A stretch of DNA of 64,000 nucleotides from an uncultured virus (IMG/VR IMGVR_UViG_2788500061_000001) (Duplodnaviria; Heunggongvirae; Uroviricota; Caudoviricetes), in the IMG/VR virus record IMGVR_UViG_2788500061_000001; one strand, written 5' to 3'. Below the pieces are notes generated by a model, which did no database searches, was not told where the DNA came from, and saw only the letters and a program-made list of their open reading frames with translations. Positions 48,991 to 58,500 of this stretch are shown in pieces; positions within the stretch are counted from its first letter, which is position 1; each line of letters begins with the position of its first letter. A program made the position numbers and the translations under genes.

Positions 48991-49201
48991 GCAGAAGGCG
49001 GAGCAGGCGCAGGACAAACCCAGGGAACCTGCGAAGCAAACAGCGAAGCGGCGCAAATACCCGCCCATGGAGCAATTCCTGACGGACCTTGAAAAGAAAA
49101 AAGGTCCGATCCCGGCCAAAGTAAAGGAAGTATTCCGCGCCCGTTGCGGATCCCGCAAGGACTTCGAAGCCGTATGGGCCGAACTCTGGAGAGGTAAGTA
49201 A
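48980..49201 (+). CDS. Small basic protein preceding sheath
   Basis: AAGGAG SD before MASEQK; TAATG coupling to sheath. Confidence 0.65.
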   Translation: MASEQKAEQAQDKPREPAKQTAKRRKYPPMEQFLTDLEKKKGPIPAKVKEVFRARCGSRKDFEAVWAELWRGK

Positions 49202-50976
49202 TGCCAACAAGAACAGTAGAATTTTTGGGACGCGGATTCATTGTTCCAGGATCTTACTCCGCATTCCGCGCCAAACCACAGTCCGGCGGGATCTCTCCGG
49301 ACTTCAATACGCAAATACTAATCGGCGAAGCGAACAACGGCTGGAATGCTCTGGATACCAGCCTTCCCATGCTCAAGCGAGTGATGGAATTCACTTCCTT
49401 TGAGGAAGCCAAGCAAGTTCTGGTTTCCGGTCCGCTACTCGATGCCATCAAAGCTGCCTTCTCCCCTTCCAGGGATAGCAGGTTCGCCGGTGGTCCATTG
49501 CTTATTCGAGCACTGAATCTGGCGGTCAATACAAGGGCCTCCGCAAGTCTGGACAACACCGCTGCGTCCCAATACTCCGCTAAGTATGTTACTCCCGGTC
49601 CCCGGGGCAATGAATCGCGAATCAGGATCTCGGCTGCGGGCGATTCAGTAGAGGTCGGCGACTCCAACGGCATCCAATCCGCAACCGGCCTCGATGCCCA
49701 GGATATTACAATCACATACAGCGGAGATGCTACCACAGCAGAGCTTTCCTTTGATGGATCCAACCTTACAACAACTCTCACCGGCCAGACCGATGGGACC
49801 GAAAACCTTGATATTCCGGTCGATAGCGTTCCAACCCTGGCCGACCTGGCCGTCCGCATCAATTCGATGGCCGGTTACAATGCCGTTGTCGACAGCTCAC
49901 CGGATATTCTTACCAGAAACCTGGACCATGTAAGTGGAGTCGATGCCAAGGCAGGGGCCGTGGTCAAGGCTCTCCTTTATCGCCAGGAACAGGCATTATT
50001 CAATCTCGGAAACGTCGAATTGGAGATTACCGGAGCAAGGAAGCCCCTGGCTGACACCGTGGGATTCGTATACCTCTCGGGTGGCGCATCGACTGCAGCC
50101 CAGCCCACGGACTACACAGATGCAATCGATATGCTGGAGAAGGTGCGAGGCTTCTTCATCAATCTCTGTTCCACCAATCAAGGTGCCGGGGCGTATCTCA
50201 CGGATTTCATCATCAAGTCCAACGGACCGGAAGGAGCCGATGAACGATTCGGAGGATTCGGTGCTGACCGTACCGACGATTTCACTACCCGGTGCGACAA
50301 CGCAAAGCAGATCAACAGTGAGTATATGGTCTACGGCCTTTCCCCGGTAACTGTTCGAGGGGCAGACGGTATTGCCACAAAGACCTATGATGGATGGCTT
50401 CTGGCGGTAATCCACAATGCAATCAAAGCGTCCTCAAACATGCGGGAATCCGCCCTCTACAAGGATCTGAACATTGAAGATGCGCCGGAGATCCCTGGAA
50501 CCGGCGACATCCGCAGAGCCATCCGGTCCGGGGGCCTTGTTGTGGATCGCAAACCGAACAATGGCCCATTCAAGATCACCTCGGATGTCACCACCTATCA
50601 GGCAACAAATCAGATTCTCAACAAGGCTTCAACTACCTGCACGGCCCTCGCACTGAACAAAGACCTGAGAGAATCTCTTCAGGATGCATTTCTCGGTGAA
50701 GTACCAACCGATCCAGATGCCTTCGGAACAACTCTCACGGATTCAGACATTCGCACTTTCATCGAGCTGAAATTCGACCAGGACTACGTCCGGAACTTCG
50801 GCTGGCTAACCCGTAACGTTTATACCGGCCAGCCAGCCTGGAGACGCGACTTCCTTATCAGGCGCGACGGCAACGCAATCTACTTCGAGTTCCCGGACGG
50901 GAAGCTCGTCACGTCGCTCGATTACATTTTCAGTCTGCTCAATCTGGACGTTGTCCGGGGGAGCGCGCAATCATAA
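49201..50976 (+). CDS. Contractile tail sheath protein
   Basis: 591 aa; IVPGSYS N-terminus, PGPRGN, YLSGG, ITSDVTTY. Confidence 0.9.
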   Translation: MPTRTVEFLGRGFIVPGSYSAFRAKPQSGGISPDFNTQILIGEANNGWNALDTSLPMLKRVMEFTSFEEAKQVLVSGPLLDAIKAAFSPSRDSRFAGGPLLIRALNLAVNTRASASLDNTAASQYSAKYVTPGPRGNESRIRISAAGDSVEVGDSNGIQSATGLDAQDITITYSGDATTAELSFDGSNLTTTLTGQTDGTENLDIPVDSVPTLADLAVRINSMAGYNAVVDSSPDILTRNLDHVSGVDAKAGAVVKALLYRQEQALFNLGNVELEITGARKPLADTVGFVYLSGGASTAAQPTDYTDAIDMLEKVRGFFINLCSTNQGAGAYLTDFIIKSNGPEGADERFGGFGADRTDDFTTRCDNAKQINSEYMVYGLSPVTVRGADGIATKTYDGWLLAVIHNAIKASSNMRESALYKDLNIEDAPEIPGTGDIRRAIRSGGLVVDRKPNNGPFKITSDVTTYQATNQILNKASTTCTALALNKDLRESLQDAFLGEVPTDPDAFGTTLTDSDIRTFIELKFDQDYVRNFGWLTRNVYTGQPAWRRDFLIRRDGNAIYFEFPDGKLVTSLDYIFSLLNLDVVRGSAQS

Positions 50977-51004
50977 GGCCCTGTAGCCACTGGAGGAATA
51001 ATAA

Positions 51005-51439
51005 ATGCCAGCACCCAAACTTGAAAATCCAGAGGTCCTCACTGGCTGTGATGTAACCATCAAGATGAACGGATCCCCGGTCGGCTTCGGGAAGAACGTC
51101 GACATCGAAGAGAATGTAAACCAACAACCAGTGGAGGCCATCGGCTACTGGAAGCCACGGGGGTTCAAATCGACCCGCTGGGATGGGACCCTCTCCATGG
51201 AGTTTCACATCCTTACTAAAAGGGGAACCGAGGGCGTAATACCGATCGACACCAGTTCCCCGACGGCCGCTTCTGCTGGCTTCTTCATGGAGTTCAACGA
51301 AAAGTCCACTGGAAAGCGCGTGGCAACTGCAATCGGGCACATTAACACCAGGGGATTCAANATCTCCAACAATGANCTGTCTGGCCAACGNTGCCAGTTC
51401 GTCCTCCGAGATATCGACTACAAGGAAGGNTATAACTAA
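51005..51439 (+). CDS. Tail tube protein
   Basis: 144 aa right after sheath; VGFGKNVDIEE...PVEAIG. Confidence 0.85.
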   Translation: MPAPKLENPEVLTGCDVTIKMNGSPVGFGKNVDIEENVNQQPVEAIGYWKPRGFKSTRWDGTLSMEFHILTKRGTEGVIPIDTSSPTAASAGFFMEFNEKSTGKRVATAIGHINTRGFXISNNXLSGQXCQFVLRDIDYKEXYN

Positions 51440-52053
51440 TGCATCAGAACATTCTGAACCCAAAGCGTGACTTNACNATCANNGTCCAGGGCTNCACTCT
51501 GTTCGGNCTNATNCCGCTGCCCAAAGAAGAGTTGGCNATCGATCTNAATGTATCCCGNAGACTNGANGGNCANCCNCTNCAGAGNATNCCGAANCAGACN
51601 TATCAATACGTNNTGATGGCAGAAACCCTNAACNTTGCNATCCGNGAAAANCCNGANGCNCTGGCCAATCTNNCCGACTGGATGGACTTTCCAGACCCGG
51701 AATTCGTGACAGAGGCCTATGAGCAATACATCAAGAAGCAGTCCGAGTTCTATGCGGGGTTAAAAAAAAATAGTGGGGGAGGATCTACAGAAACACCTGT
51801 ACAACCCGNACGTAATGATGGACCTGTTCATCCTCAACCGGTACAAAACTCTCCCGTCCAGCCAGGGACTGGACAACCTGTATCCGGAACAGAAGTGGTT
51901 CCTGATCGCGGCGGAGTCCCTGCTGGGGGACATGTCCAGCATAACCAANCGAGCCCAGGCTTCCCTGCGTCTCCAAATGTTAGAGTCCCTCAAGGATCCC
52001 CTGGAAATCCTGCCGAAGGGAATGGCCAGCAGTATCTCCCGGGCGGGAATTGA
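51439..52053 (+). CDS. Tail assembly chaperone (gpG-like)
   Basis: After tube; A9 run at 51762-51770; many Ns. Confidence 0.7.
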   Translation: MHQNILNPKRDXXIXVQGXTLFXXXPLPKEELXIDXNVSXRXXXXXXQXXPXQXYQYXXMAETXNXXIXEXXXXLANXXDWMDFPDPEFVTEAYEQYIKKQSEFYAGLKKNSGGGSTETPVQPXRNDGPVHPQPVQNSPVQPGTGQPVSGTEVVPDRGGVPAGGHVQHNQXSPGFPASPNVRVPQGSPGNPAEGNGQQYLPGGN

Positions 52054-52129
52054 TCCCGTCCAGGAAGGCCTGAATAAGATAGAATTGCAGAAGAAAGCCC
52101 TGGAGAAACAACTCAGGGGCGATGATTAG
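51764..52129 (+). CDS. Chaperone frameshift extension (gpT-like)
   Basis: +1/-2 frame opens at the A9 run: KKIVGEDLQKHLYNP...EQKWFLI. Confidence 0.65.
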   Translation, partial: KKIVGEDLQKHLYNPXVMMDLFILNRYKTLPSSQGLDNLYPEQKWFLIAAESLLGDMSSITXRAQASLRLQMLESLKDPLEILPKGMASSISRAGIDPVQEGLNKIELQKKALEKQLRGDD

Positions 52130-52207
52130 TTTCAGCGACTTGATTTCAAGAGCCGGTAATGCTGTTTCATCAATCCAGACAAGCGCATGGATGAATGCCG
52201 AGATTGA

Positions 52208-52888
52208 TTAGGGATTAGAAATCCTCTCCAGATCCTTCGCGATTTCCTGCTGAGTGGAGTATTTGTCTGCGCGGATTCGATCGATTACATCCGTAACAGT
52301 CGCAGGCTCGTTTCTTTCCTTCTCATTCTCGGGATCACTCGCCTTGCCAGACGGCACACTTTCAAGGGACAAAATTTTGGCTTTCAGTATATGGGCATCT
52401 TCCTTGTTGATTACCTCTATCTTGTCCAGGTCTACTTCAAAGACTTCTATCGTAGCTTGCAGGACCGAGTCGTCATCCCTTGCGGCCCATTCCTCTAATC
52501 TCATCTGAACAGACCGAGGTGTGCGTTCAGATGCAGAAAAACGATCTGGGAAGAAAGTACTATAGCTTGTTTCTGCTTCCACATACCAGCCGAAGGCATC
52601 ATCGCACCTCAAAACCAACCCGCCGCTACCGGAATAATGGAAAGGATTTGCCTTAGTTGATTTGATTTGAATCCCCGGCCGGAGCAATTCAGAAAAGGCT
52701 TTATTGGCTTGCTTCGCGACCTCTGCTGCCCGTAATTTGAGCCCTTCGCCGGATAGATCGCGCTTCTCTTCCATGATCGGGGCAAGGACCGAACAAATTC
52801 GGTCTGTAGTCAGCACTTCTGGTGGCTGGGCCAGAATCGAGGATCCCGATACACAGAGTGCCAGAAAGACATTTGCTACAACTCGCAT
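52208..52888 (-). CDS. Exported hypothetical protein (moron)
   Basis: Signal-peptide-like N-terminus; GGAG SD. Confidence 0.65.
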   Translation of the reverse strand: MRVVANVFLALCVSGSSILAQPPEVLTTDRICSVLAPIMEEKRDLSGEGLKLRAAEVAKQANKAFSELLRPGIQIKSTKANPFHYSGSGGLVLRCDDAFGWYVEAETSYSTFFPDRFSASERTPRSVQMRLEEWAARDDDSVLQATIEVFEVDLDKIEVINKEDAHILKAKILSLESVPSGKASDPENEKERNEPATVTDVIDRIRADKYSTQQEIAKDLERISNP

Positions 52889-52945
52889 GCGTTGATACTC
52901 TCCGGAATCCTTTGTATTTCAACCATTTTGTTATGCGCCAGACAA

Positions 52946-54670
52946 CTATCCCAGAAAATCTGCCAGACCATCACCCACGTCCTTGATAGTTTCCGTCAGC
53001 TTATCCATTCCTTTAATGGCACCATCTATGCTCTTAAACAGTGTTCCTTGAATTTCCTGAATCCCCTTAGCAATGGGCTCCAAATTGCCGTCCATCGACT
53101 CCATGATTTTCAGAAGTTGCTTTTGAGAGTCATGGGCGATCTGCATTGCTCTTTTGGCCGTATCACTCCTCTCATAGGCCATATCAGTTTCATTTTTCAG
53201 CTTCAAAGGACTTAAACTATGGGTTTTAATGGAAGCGCTCCCTGCGGGCCGCCTCTTTGAAAAATCGACGTTCGCACCCTCCCCTACAGAGGTCGTGATC
53301 TGGGAGTTCCGCATCAACATGCCCCAGGAAAAATCATTTGCTGCGAAGTTACGCCGCTTGAAATTCTGAAGAATCTTCCGGTTTTGGTCATTACCGATCC
53401 CCTGCTCAGCCTGCCGGTATGCTTCAAGGGGGTCCATTCCGGATGCCAGAAGCCTCGAGAGAACGAGGGAGCCCAAGGGTCCACCCTTATCTGCAGCTCG
53501 AACGGACTTGTCGACCGCCTTAGCAATTTCCAATCCTCTACTTGCTGTGCTTCCATTCCTCGACTGGGTGGAGGACATCTGGGCAGCCAGACCGAGGAAA
53601 TTCTTCATCTCGGTCTTATCCATGGTGCCGTATCCCTGATCGCGCATCCCTTTGGTATGACCGGCAATCTCCTGGAGGTATTCTCCCTGGCGAAGGTTTT
53701 GTACATTCGCGGCCTTCATGTACCTCACAAACTCCATGGTCTTCATGTCCATGCCACCATAGCGAATCTTTCCCAAAGCGCTGGCTGCCTCCGAGGCTCC
53801 CATCCCCTGGGACGCTGCGAATTTCAGTATGTCATCATCACCGGTACCCTTATTGGAAACCTTGTATCCTCTTCGCATTCCCGATTGTTTCAGAAATTCA
53901 AGGTTGGCCATACCTACTTCCGGATGGTTAAAAAGGCCTCCGCTATAATGGGTAAATCCTATCGCACGATAAGACTGCTGCTGGGACATCAATACATTGG
54001 AGTATTTCTCGCCCATGGCCGAAATGGCCTTCATCAAGGCACCCGCTATCGCAAACACAATGCCTATGTAAGGAGCGGCTTTCCCCATCCCGGACATGGT
54101 TCCGCCGGGATTGCCCGGTCCCCCGGAACCCGTCCCGGAGCCACTACCAGACCCGCTTCCGCCAAGCCCTCTGGCATTTCGAAAGACGGCGTTCTGAACA
54201 TAGAGCCGCTGGATGGGCTTGTTCTTCTTGGCGTTTTTCTCGCCAAAGAGACGGCCGAACATTCCGCCTCCGGCGTTCGCTGCACTCTGCAAGGCATCGG
54301 GCCCACCACCGGCGCCTTCCGATTCCCCTGCCCTGTTGTCCTTGTCTTTGTCCCGGCGGAACATGTCCCGGGTGCGTTTCAGGGCATCGATCTTGTCTTT
54401 GGCGGCATTGTAGAATCCGCCTCGAAGAAACTCTTCTTCGCCGGACTGTGCCTGCTGGGCGGCTTGCTGTGCATTCTGATAGACTTCCCGCTTTTTCTGC
54501 TCCTGACGCTTCTCCTCCATGCGGCGGCGTTGCACAGCGGCATAAGATTGGGGTCCTGCCTGGCCAGCATCGACTGCCGTCCTAATGGGCTGACCGGCCT
54601 GCTTTCGGAACTTCTTGACCTGCTGCCTGGCCTGTCTATCGTCCAGGTCGAGTTTTACATTGATAGGCAT
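52946..54670 (-). CDS. Tape measure protein
   Basis: Start MPINVKLDLDD; Ala/Gly/Met-rich helical with hydrophobic segment; own late promoter. Confidence 0.7.
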   Translation of the reverse strand: MPINVKLDLDDRQARQQVKKFRKQAGQPIRTAVDAGQAGPQSYAAVQRRRMEEKRQEQKKREVYQNAQQAAQQAQSGEEEFLRGGFYNAAKDKIDALKRTRDMFRRDKDKDNRAGESEGAGGGPDALQSAANAGGGMFGRLFGEKNAKKNKPIQRLYVQNAVFRNARGLGGSGSGSGSGTGSGGPGNPGGTMSGMGKAAPYIGIVFAIAGALMKAISAMGEKYSNVLMSQQQSYRAIGFTHYSGGLFNHPEVGMANLEFLKQSGMRRGYKVSNKGTGDDDILKFAASQGMGASEAASALGKIRYGGMDMKTMEFVRYMKAANVQNLRQGEYLQEIAGHTKGMRDQGYGTMDKTEMKNFLGLAAQMSSTQSRNGSTASRGLEIAKAVDKSVRAADKGGPLGSLVLSRLLASGMDPLEAYRQAEQGIGNDQNRKILQNFKRRNFAANDFSWGMLMRNSQITTSVGEGANVDFSKRRPAGSASIKTHSLSPLKLKNETDMAYERSDTAKRAMQIAHDSQKQLLKIMESMDGNLEPIAKGIQEIQGTLFKSIDGAIKGMDKLTETIKDVGDGLADFLG

Positions 54671-54675
54671 ACCTG

Positions 54676-54700
54676 ATCCTATTGATGGATCAAACTTCGG
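54676..54700 (-). promoter_or_regulatory. Putative late promoter (tape measure)
   Basis: CCGAA-N14-TAGGAT-N5-ATG(54670). Confidence 0.7.
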
Positions 54701-54711
54701 TCCAGCCTTGT

Positions 54712-54736
54712 CCGATAGCCCTCTTCCAGGGATACT
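54712..54736 (+). promoter_or_regulatory. Putative late promoter (fibre operon)
   Basis: TTGT-CCGAT-N14-GATACT-N6-ATG(54743). Confidence 0.7.
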
Positions 54737-54742
54737 CCAGCC

Positions 54743-55129
54743 ATGGAAACACACCGCATTATTGTGGAGACTCTGGCCCGCAGCGAATCGCAGAAAGAAC
54801 GTTCTATTCTCCCGAAGATCGAGCTGGAGGCCCAGACTCAGGAACCACAGCACCTTACCTACTGGATCAATGACCAGGATAACCTGGTAAACATCCCGAT
54901 CATTCCTTCCACGCTAAACTACCTGATTATCCGAGCCACCTATACCCAGGATGATACGCAAGCTGGAGTCCAGGCCGGTGACCTTGCGCCTTTCCACGTC
55001 CGGGTGGATGGCGACACCCAGGATCGGGCGCGCAAAGGCCTGTATGTTCTGACTGGAGATGTGACGAGTCTGGAAGTCGGCACCCCTGTAACCAACGGCA
55101 AAGTTGAACTCAAAGTACTGATGGGCTAA
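54743..55129 (+). CDS. Small beta-rich virion protein
   Basis: 128 aa; first gene of fibre operon. Confidence 0.65.
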   Translation: METHRIIVETLARSESQKERSILPKIELEAQTQEPQHLTYWINDQDNLVNIPIIPSTLNYLIIRATYTQDDTQAGVQAGDLAPFHVRVDGDTQDRARKGLYVLTGDVTSLEVGTPVTNGKVELKVLMG

Positions 55130-55135
55130 CTGTAG

Positions 55136-56311
55136 ATGCTTCGGGAGAGTCGATTCACACTTTCCGGGCTTGCTTCCCTGGTCCGCTTCGGGAAAGGCGG
55201 GAAGGCTATCCGCTCCACCTCGGAAGGGTTGGAGGCTCGGACCAATGACGATTCTGCGCTGGAACGGTTCCGTGGGGCTGACCCGGCACTACCCCAGGAT
55301 CTCGTCCCCCTGGGCTATGCAGATAATCGATACGCGAACAGAGTAAACCCGGCAACCGGCGCAAAGCTCATTCGGACGAACCAGGCGGGCTCTTCCATCG
55401 AAGAGACCGGTATAGCCGTCGATGATGACGGCAATGTAACGATCCCCGGCAATCTGTTTGTGGAAGGCACTCAGACCCAGATCGATACCAGCACTCTCCA
55501 GGTAGAAGATAAGAACATCGAACTGGCTAAGAACGCCACCACGGATGCCGAGGCGGACGGCGGTGGCATTGATCTAATCGGCAACGTAAAGAAATGGATC
55601 CGGTGGATGCTGTCCAGAGATGCCTGGGTTTTCTCGGAAAACATCGACCTGGAATCTGGAAAAGAGTTTCGAATCGATGGAGTAGAACTCTTTGCTACCA
55701 GGTCCACTGACGATCTCCAGGAAGGATCGACAAACAAGTATTTCACTGACGGCATTGCCGACACCTGGCTGAACAACCGGAGCTCCGACGATATCCCCGA
55801 AGGATCGACCAATCTATTCTTCACAGATACCAACGCAGCCAACTGGTTTGCGGCGCGTACAACGGACGAACTGGCCGAAGGATCGATCAATCTCTACTTC
55901 AATAAATACCGGGTCAATGGCATGTTTCTGGTGGTAGACAGTGTCGGGCACGGTTTTTCCACGAATGATATCCTGGCAAAAGACCCGGTCACGGAGGCCT
56001 TTGTTCTGGCGGACTGCACGGATCCTCTGCGGACTCTACCGGCCGGAATAGTTGCGGCCGTCGTTACCCCAGACCAATTCGTTATGCTAACTTATGGCTG
56101 GCTCCAGGGAGATCCCGGCGACTACTCCTTTACCGGACGGGCCTATCTTGATGGGAGCACTCCCGGCGCCATTTCCGACACGGAACCGGCGACGGAAACC
56201 AGTGTAATCCTCGGCCAGATTGATTCCAACGGTGTCTTCCTGTTCCGGCCCCGGATAGACTACGGTACGGCCAATGGCTTCATAACTGAATTCGAGAACG
56301 GGCTGAACTGA
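55136..56311 (+). CDS. Tail fibre protein
   Basis: GNLFVEGTQTQIDTSTLQVEDKNIEL; three (S/T)DDLxEGSxNxYF repeats. Confidence 0.8.
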   Translation: MLRESRFTLSGLASLVRFGKGGKAIRSTSEGLEARTNDDSALERFRGADPALPQDLVPLGYADNRYANRVNPATGAKLIRTNQAGSSIEETGIAVDDDGNVTIPGNLFVEGTQTQIDTSTLQVEDKNIELAKNATTDAEADGGGIDLIGNVKKWIRWMLSRDAWVFSENIDLESGKEFRIDGVELFATRSTDDLQEGSTNKYFTDGIADTWLNNRSSDDIPEGSTNLFFTDTNAANWFAARTTDELAEGSINLYFNKYRVNGMFLVVDSVGHGFSTNDILAKDPVTEAFVLADCTDPLRTLPAGIVAAVVTPDQFVMLTYGWLQGDPGDYSFTGRAYLDGSTPGAISDTEPATETSVILGQIDSNGVFLFRPRIDYGTANGFITEFENGLN

Positions 56312-56913
56312 TGAAGGAATTCCAGAAAATCGCAGCACGTCTCCGTGCGGAGTTCAATTCAATCCGCGCTCTGTTCGGGAGTTCCAATGGTCTGGCCACC
56401 CTGGATGGCTCGGGACATCTCCCGGATACCCAGCTTTCACTGGCTGGCAAGTCTACGGATGATCTTGCCGAAGGAAGCAATCTATACTTCACCGACGCCC
56501 GGGCAACTGACGCCGTTTCCGGAGCGCTATCGGCAAAACAGGACACTTCCGAGAAAGGCCAGCCAAACGGATATGCTTCATTGGACGGATCGGGGCAAGT
56601 CCCATCCGCCCAGCTCCCGGCCGAGACAACTGATCATTTCCACCAGGACCCGGCCAGCGATCAGACCTGGTATTCCGTTCCCTCCCCCGGGACCTATTTG
56701 ATCTTCCTGTTCGCCGAAATTGCGGCAGGGGCCACGCACGAGCTCTCTATAAACAATAACACGACCCCCGTATTCTCAAAGAGCAATGGCACTGGTTCTG
56801 GCCCCATGCCCTTCGCATTTACAACGGTCCAGGCTATATCCGACGCCACCAACGCGCTCTATATCAATTCTGCAAATCGCAACATGATGCTGACGGCCAT
56901 CAAACTGGCATAG
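56311..56913 (+). CDS. Short tail fibre paralogue A
   Basis: NGLATLDGSG, STDDLAEGSNLYFTDARA, KGQPNGYASLD. Confidence 0.75.
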   Translation: MKEFQKIAARLRAEFNSIRALFGSSNGLATLDGSGHLPDTQLSLAGKSTDDLAEGSNLYFTDARATDAVSGALSAKQDTSEKGQPNGYASLDGSGQVPSAQLPAETTDHFHQDPASDQTWYSVPSPGTYLIFLFAEIAAGATHELSINNNTTPVFSKSNGTGSGPMPFAFTTVQAISDATNALYINSANRNMMLTAIKLA

Positions 56914-56930
56914 GAAAGTGAAGCTATACG

Positions 56931-57776
56931 ATGAATGAGCTAAAACGAATAGCAGGTCGGATACGCGATGAGTTCAATGCTCTCCGGGCTAACTTTGGCC
57001 AGGCAAACGGCGTTGCCACGCTGAATGCGTCCGGAAAACTCCCGGACTCTCAGCTTTCCCTTTCCGGAAAAACGACGGATGCCCTGGCGGAAGGGTCCAC
57101 CAATCGCTATTTCACCGATGCCCGTGCCCAAAACGCCCTGGCTACTTCCCTGGCTGCCAAGCAGGACATTTCAGAAAAGGGGACTGCCAATGGGTATGCT
57201 TCCCTGGACAGCTCTGGGACCGTTCCGTTAGCGCAGCTCCCGGCGGCAGCCACCAACAGCCGTGTCGGGGAAATTGGGATATTCATGACATCGACGCCGC
57301 CACAGGGAGTGGTCTACTTCAACCGGGCGAGCTTATCCCGGACCTCCTATTCAGACCTCTGGGCCTGGGTCCAGAACCATCCGGAACTATATGATGATAC
57401 GGGATCCGACAAACAGAAGTTCGGACCCGGTGATGACAGCACTACATTCGATTTACCGGACTGGAAAGGGATCGGAGTCCGTGGAGCGGGTACTTCGTCC
57501 GCTTTTCAAAAGGCAAACGGCAACTACTACGATGGAGGCAATCTGCTCGACGTACTCCTCGATGGCCTGAAGGACCACAGGCACTATGTGAGTGGATACG
57601 TTTACTATGGAAACTCCACTTTCTGGATCTATTATTCAGGCACCGGCCACCCAAATGAGGCAGTAACACAGACCTACACTGCCGGGCCTGCGAGCAACAG
57701 TTCAGGCGATCCGCGGTCCACCGACGAGAACCGTGGAGTCACGGTCGCGATCCACTGGGGGATTCGTTATGAATAG
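56931..57776 (+). CDS. Tail fibre paralogue B with collar domain
   Basis: Same N-terminus as A; VGEI...LSRTSYSDLW...GDDSTTFDLPD collar motif. Confidence 0.85.
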   Translation: MNELKRIAGRIRDEFNALRANFGQANGVATLNASGKLPDSQLSLSGKTTDALAEGSTNRYFTDARAQNALATSLAAKQDISEKGTANGYASLDSSGTVPLAQLPAAATNSRVGEIGIFMTSTPPQGVVYFNRASLSRTSYSDLWAWVQNHPELYDDTGSDKQKFGPGDDSTTFDLPDWKGIGVRGAGTSSAFQKANGNYYDGGNLLDVLLDGLKDHRHYVSGYVYYGNSTFWIYYSGTGHPNEAVTQTYTAGPASNSSGDPRSTDENRGVTVAIHWGIRYE

Positions 57777-58494
57777 AGCACTGGTTTTCGACCCCGACAC
57801 AGGAGAGTTCCTTCGTTATGAAACGGCAATACCGGATCAAAAGAATCCGGGTGAGTTTCTACTTCCACCGCATAGCGTCCTGGAGTCCGGCCTATCAATA
57901 CCGGAAAGCGGCCCAAACGAAACCTTAATTCTTCAGAGTGGATCCGTTCTGGCTGTCCCTGATTTCAGAGGTCTGGATTATTACAATAAATCAACGGGCG
58001 CAAAAGTAGAACTGGAACTGGGACAGAGCCCGGATTCTACAATGACCAGCGTGGTCCCCGGGGAATTCGAAACAGGCCCCTGGATCGAAGAAGAATCCAG
58101 GTGGACCGTCGACTCCAACAAGCTGGCGGAAGCAAAGTCCAACTTGATCTCGAAGCTTGAAGCTATTCGGCAATTCAAGGAATTCACTTACCGCTCCACG
58201 GTCGCTGTCCACTCGATAGACTGGGATTCCGGAGAGAAATACCTTCGAAACCTTGAAAGGGCCATCTCATTGTACTCCACCCACCCGGTTTCCGCTTGGT
58301 TGGATAGTAGCAACAACCCGCACCCGGTGCCGGGCGTAGCCTACCTCGAGGCAATCCGGGATGCAGTCGACCTCGATACCTTTCAGGCCGGACAGACTCT
58401 ATACAGTGTGAAATGGACAAAGCGAGATGAAGTCAACTCGCTGGGACCGGAAGGCGTGAAGAACTACAACGCGGAATCCGGATGGCCCTGGTAA
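57769..58494 (+). CDS. Tail fibre assembly chaperone-like protein
   Basis: FDPDTGEFL...FLLPPHS...VPDFRG; follows fibre. Confidence 0.75.
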   Translation: MNRALVFDPDTGEFLRYETAIPDQKNPGEFLLPPHSVLESGLSIPESGPNETLILQSGSVLAVPDFRGLDYYNKSTGAKVELELGQSPDSTMTSVVPGEFETGPWIEEESRWTVDSNKLAEAKSNLISKLEAIRQFKEFTYRSTVAVHSIDWDSGEKYLRNLERAISLYSTHPVSAWLDSSNNPHPVPGVAYLEAIRDAVDLDTFQAGQTLYSVKWTKRDEVNSLGPEGVKNYNAESGWPW

Positions 58495-58500
58495 GCTGCG

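Noticed and set aside
53384..54676. 430-aa plus-strand ORF and similar long antisense ORFs (e.g. 44799..45842, 28181..28957)
   Set aside because: Shadow frames opposite well-supported genes, with no motifs or initiation signals.
55136..58494. Diversity-generating retroelement or invertible fibre cassette
   Set aside because: No reverse transcriptase, TR/VR pair or invertase in the window; the Ns are not in fibre tips and look synonymous.
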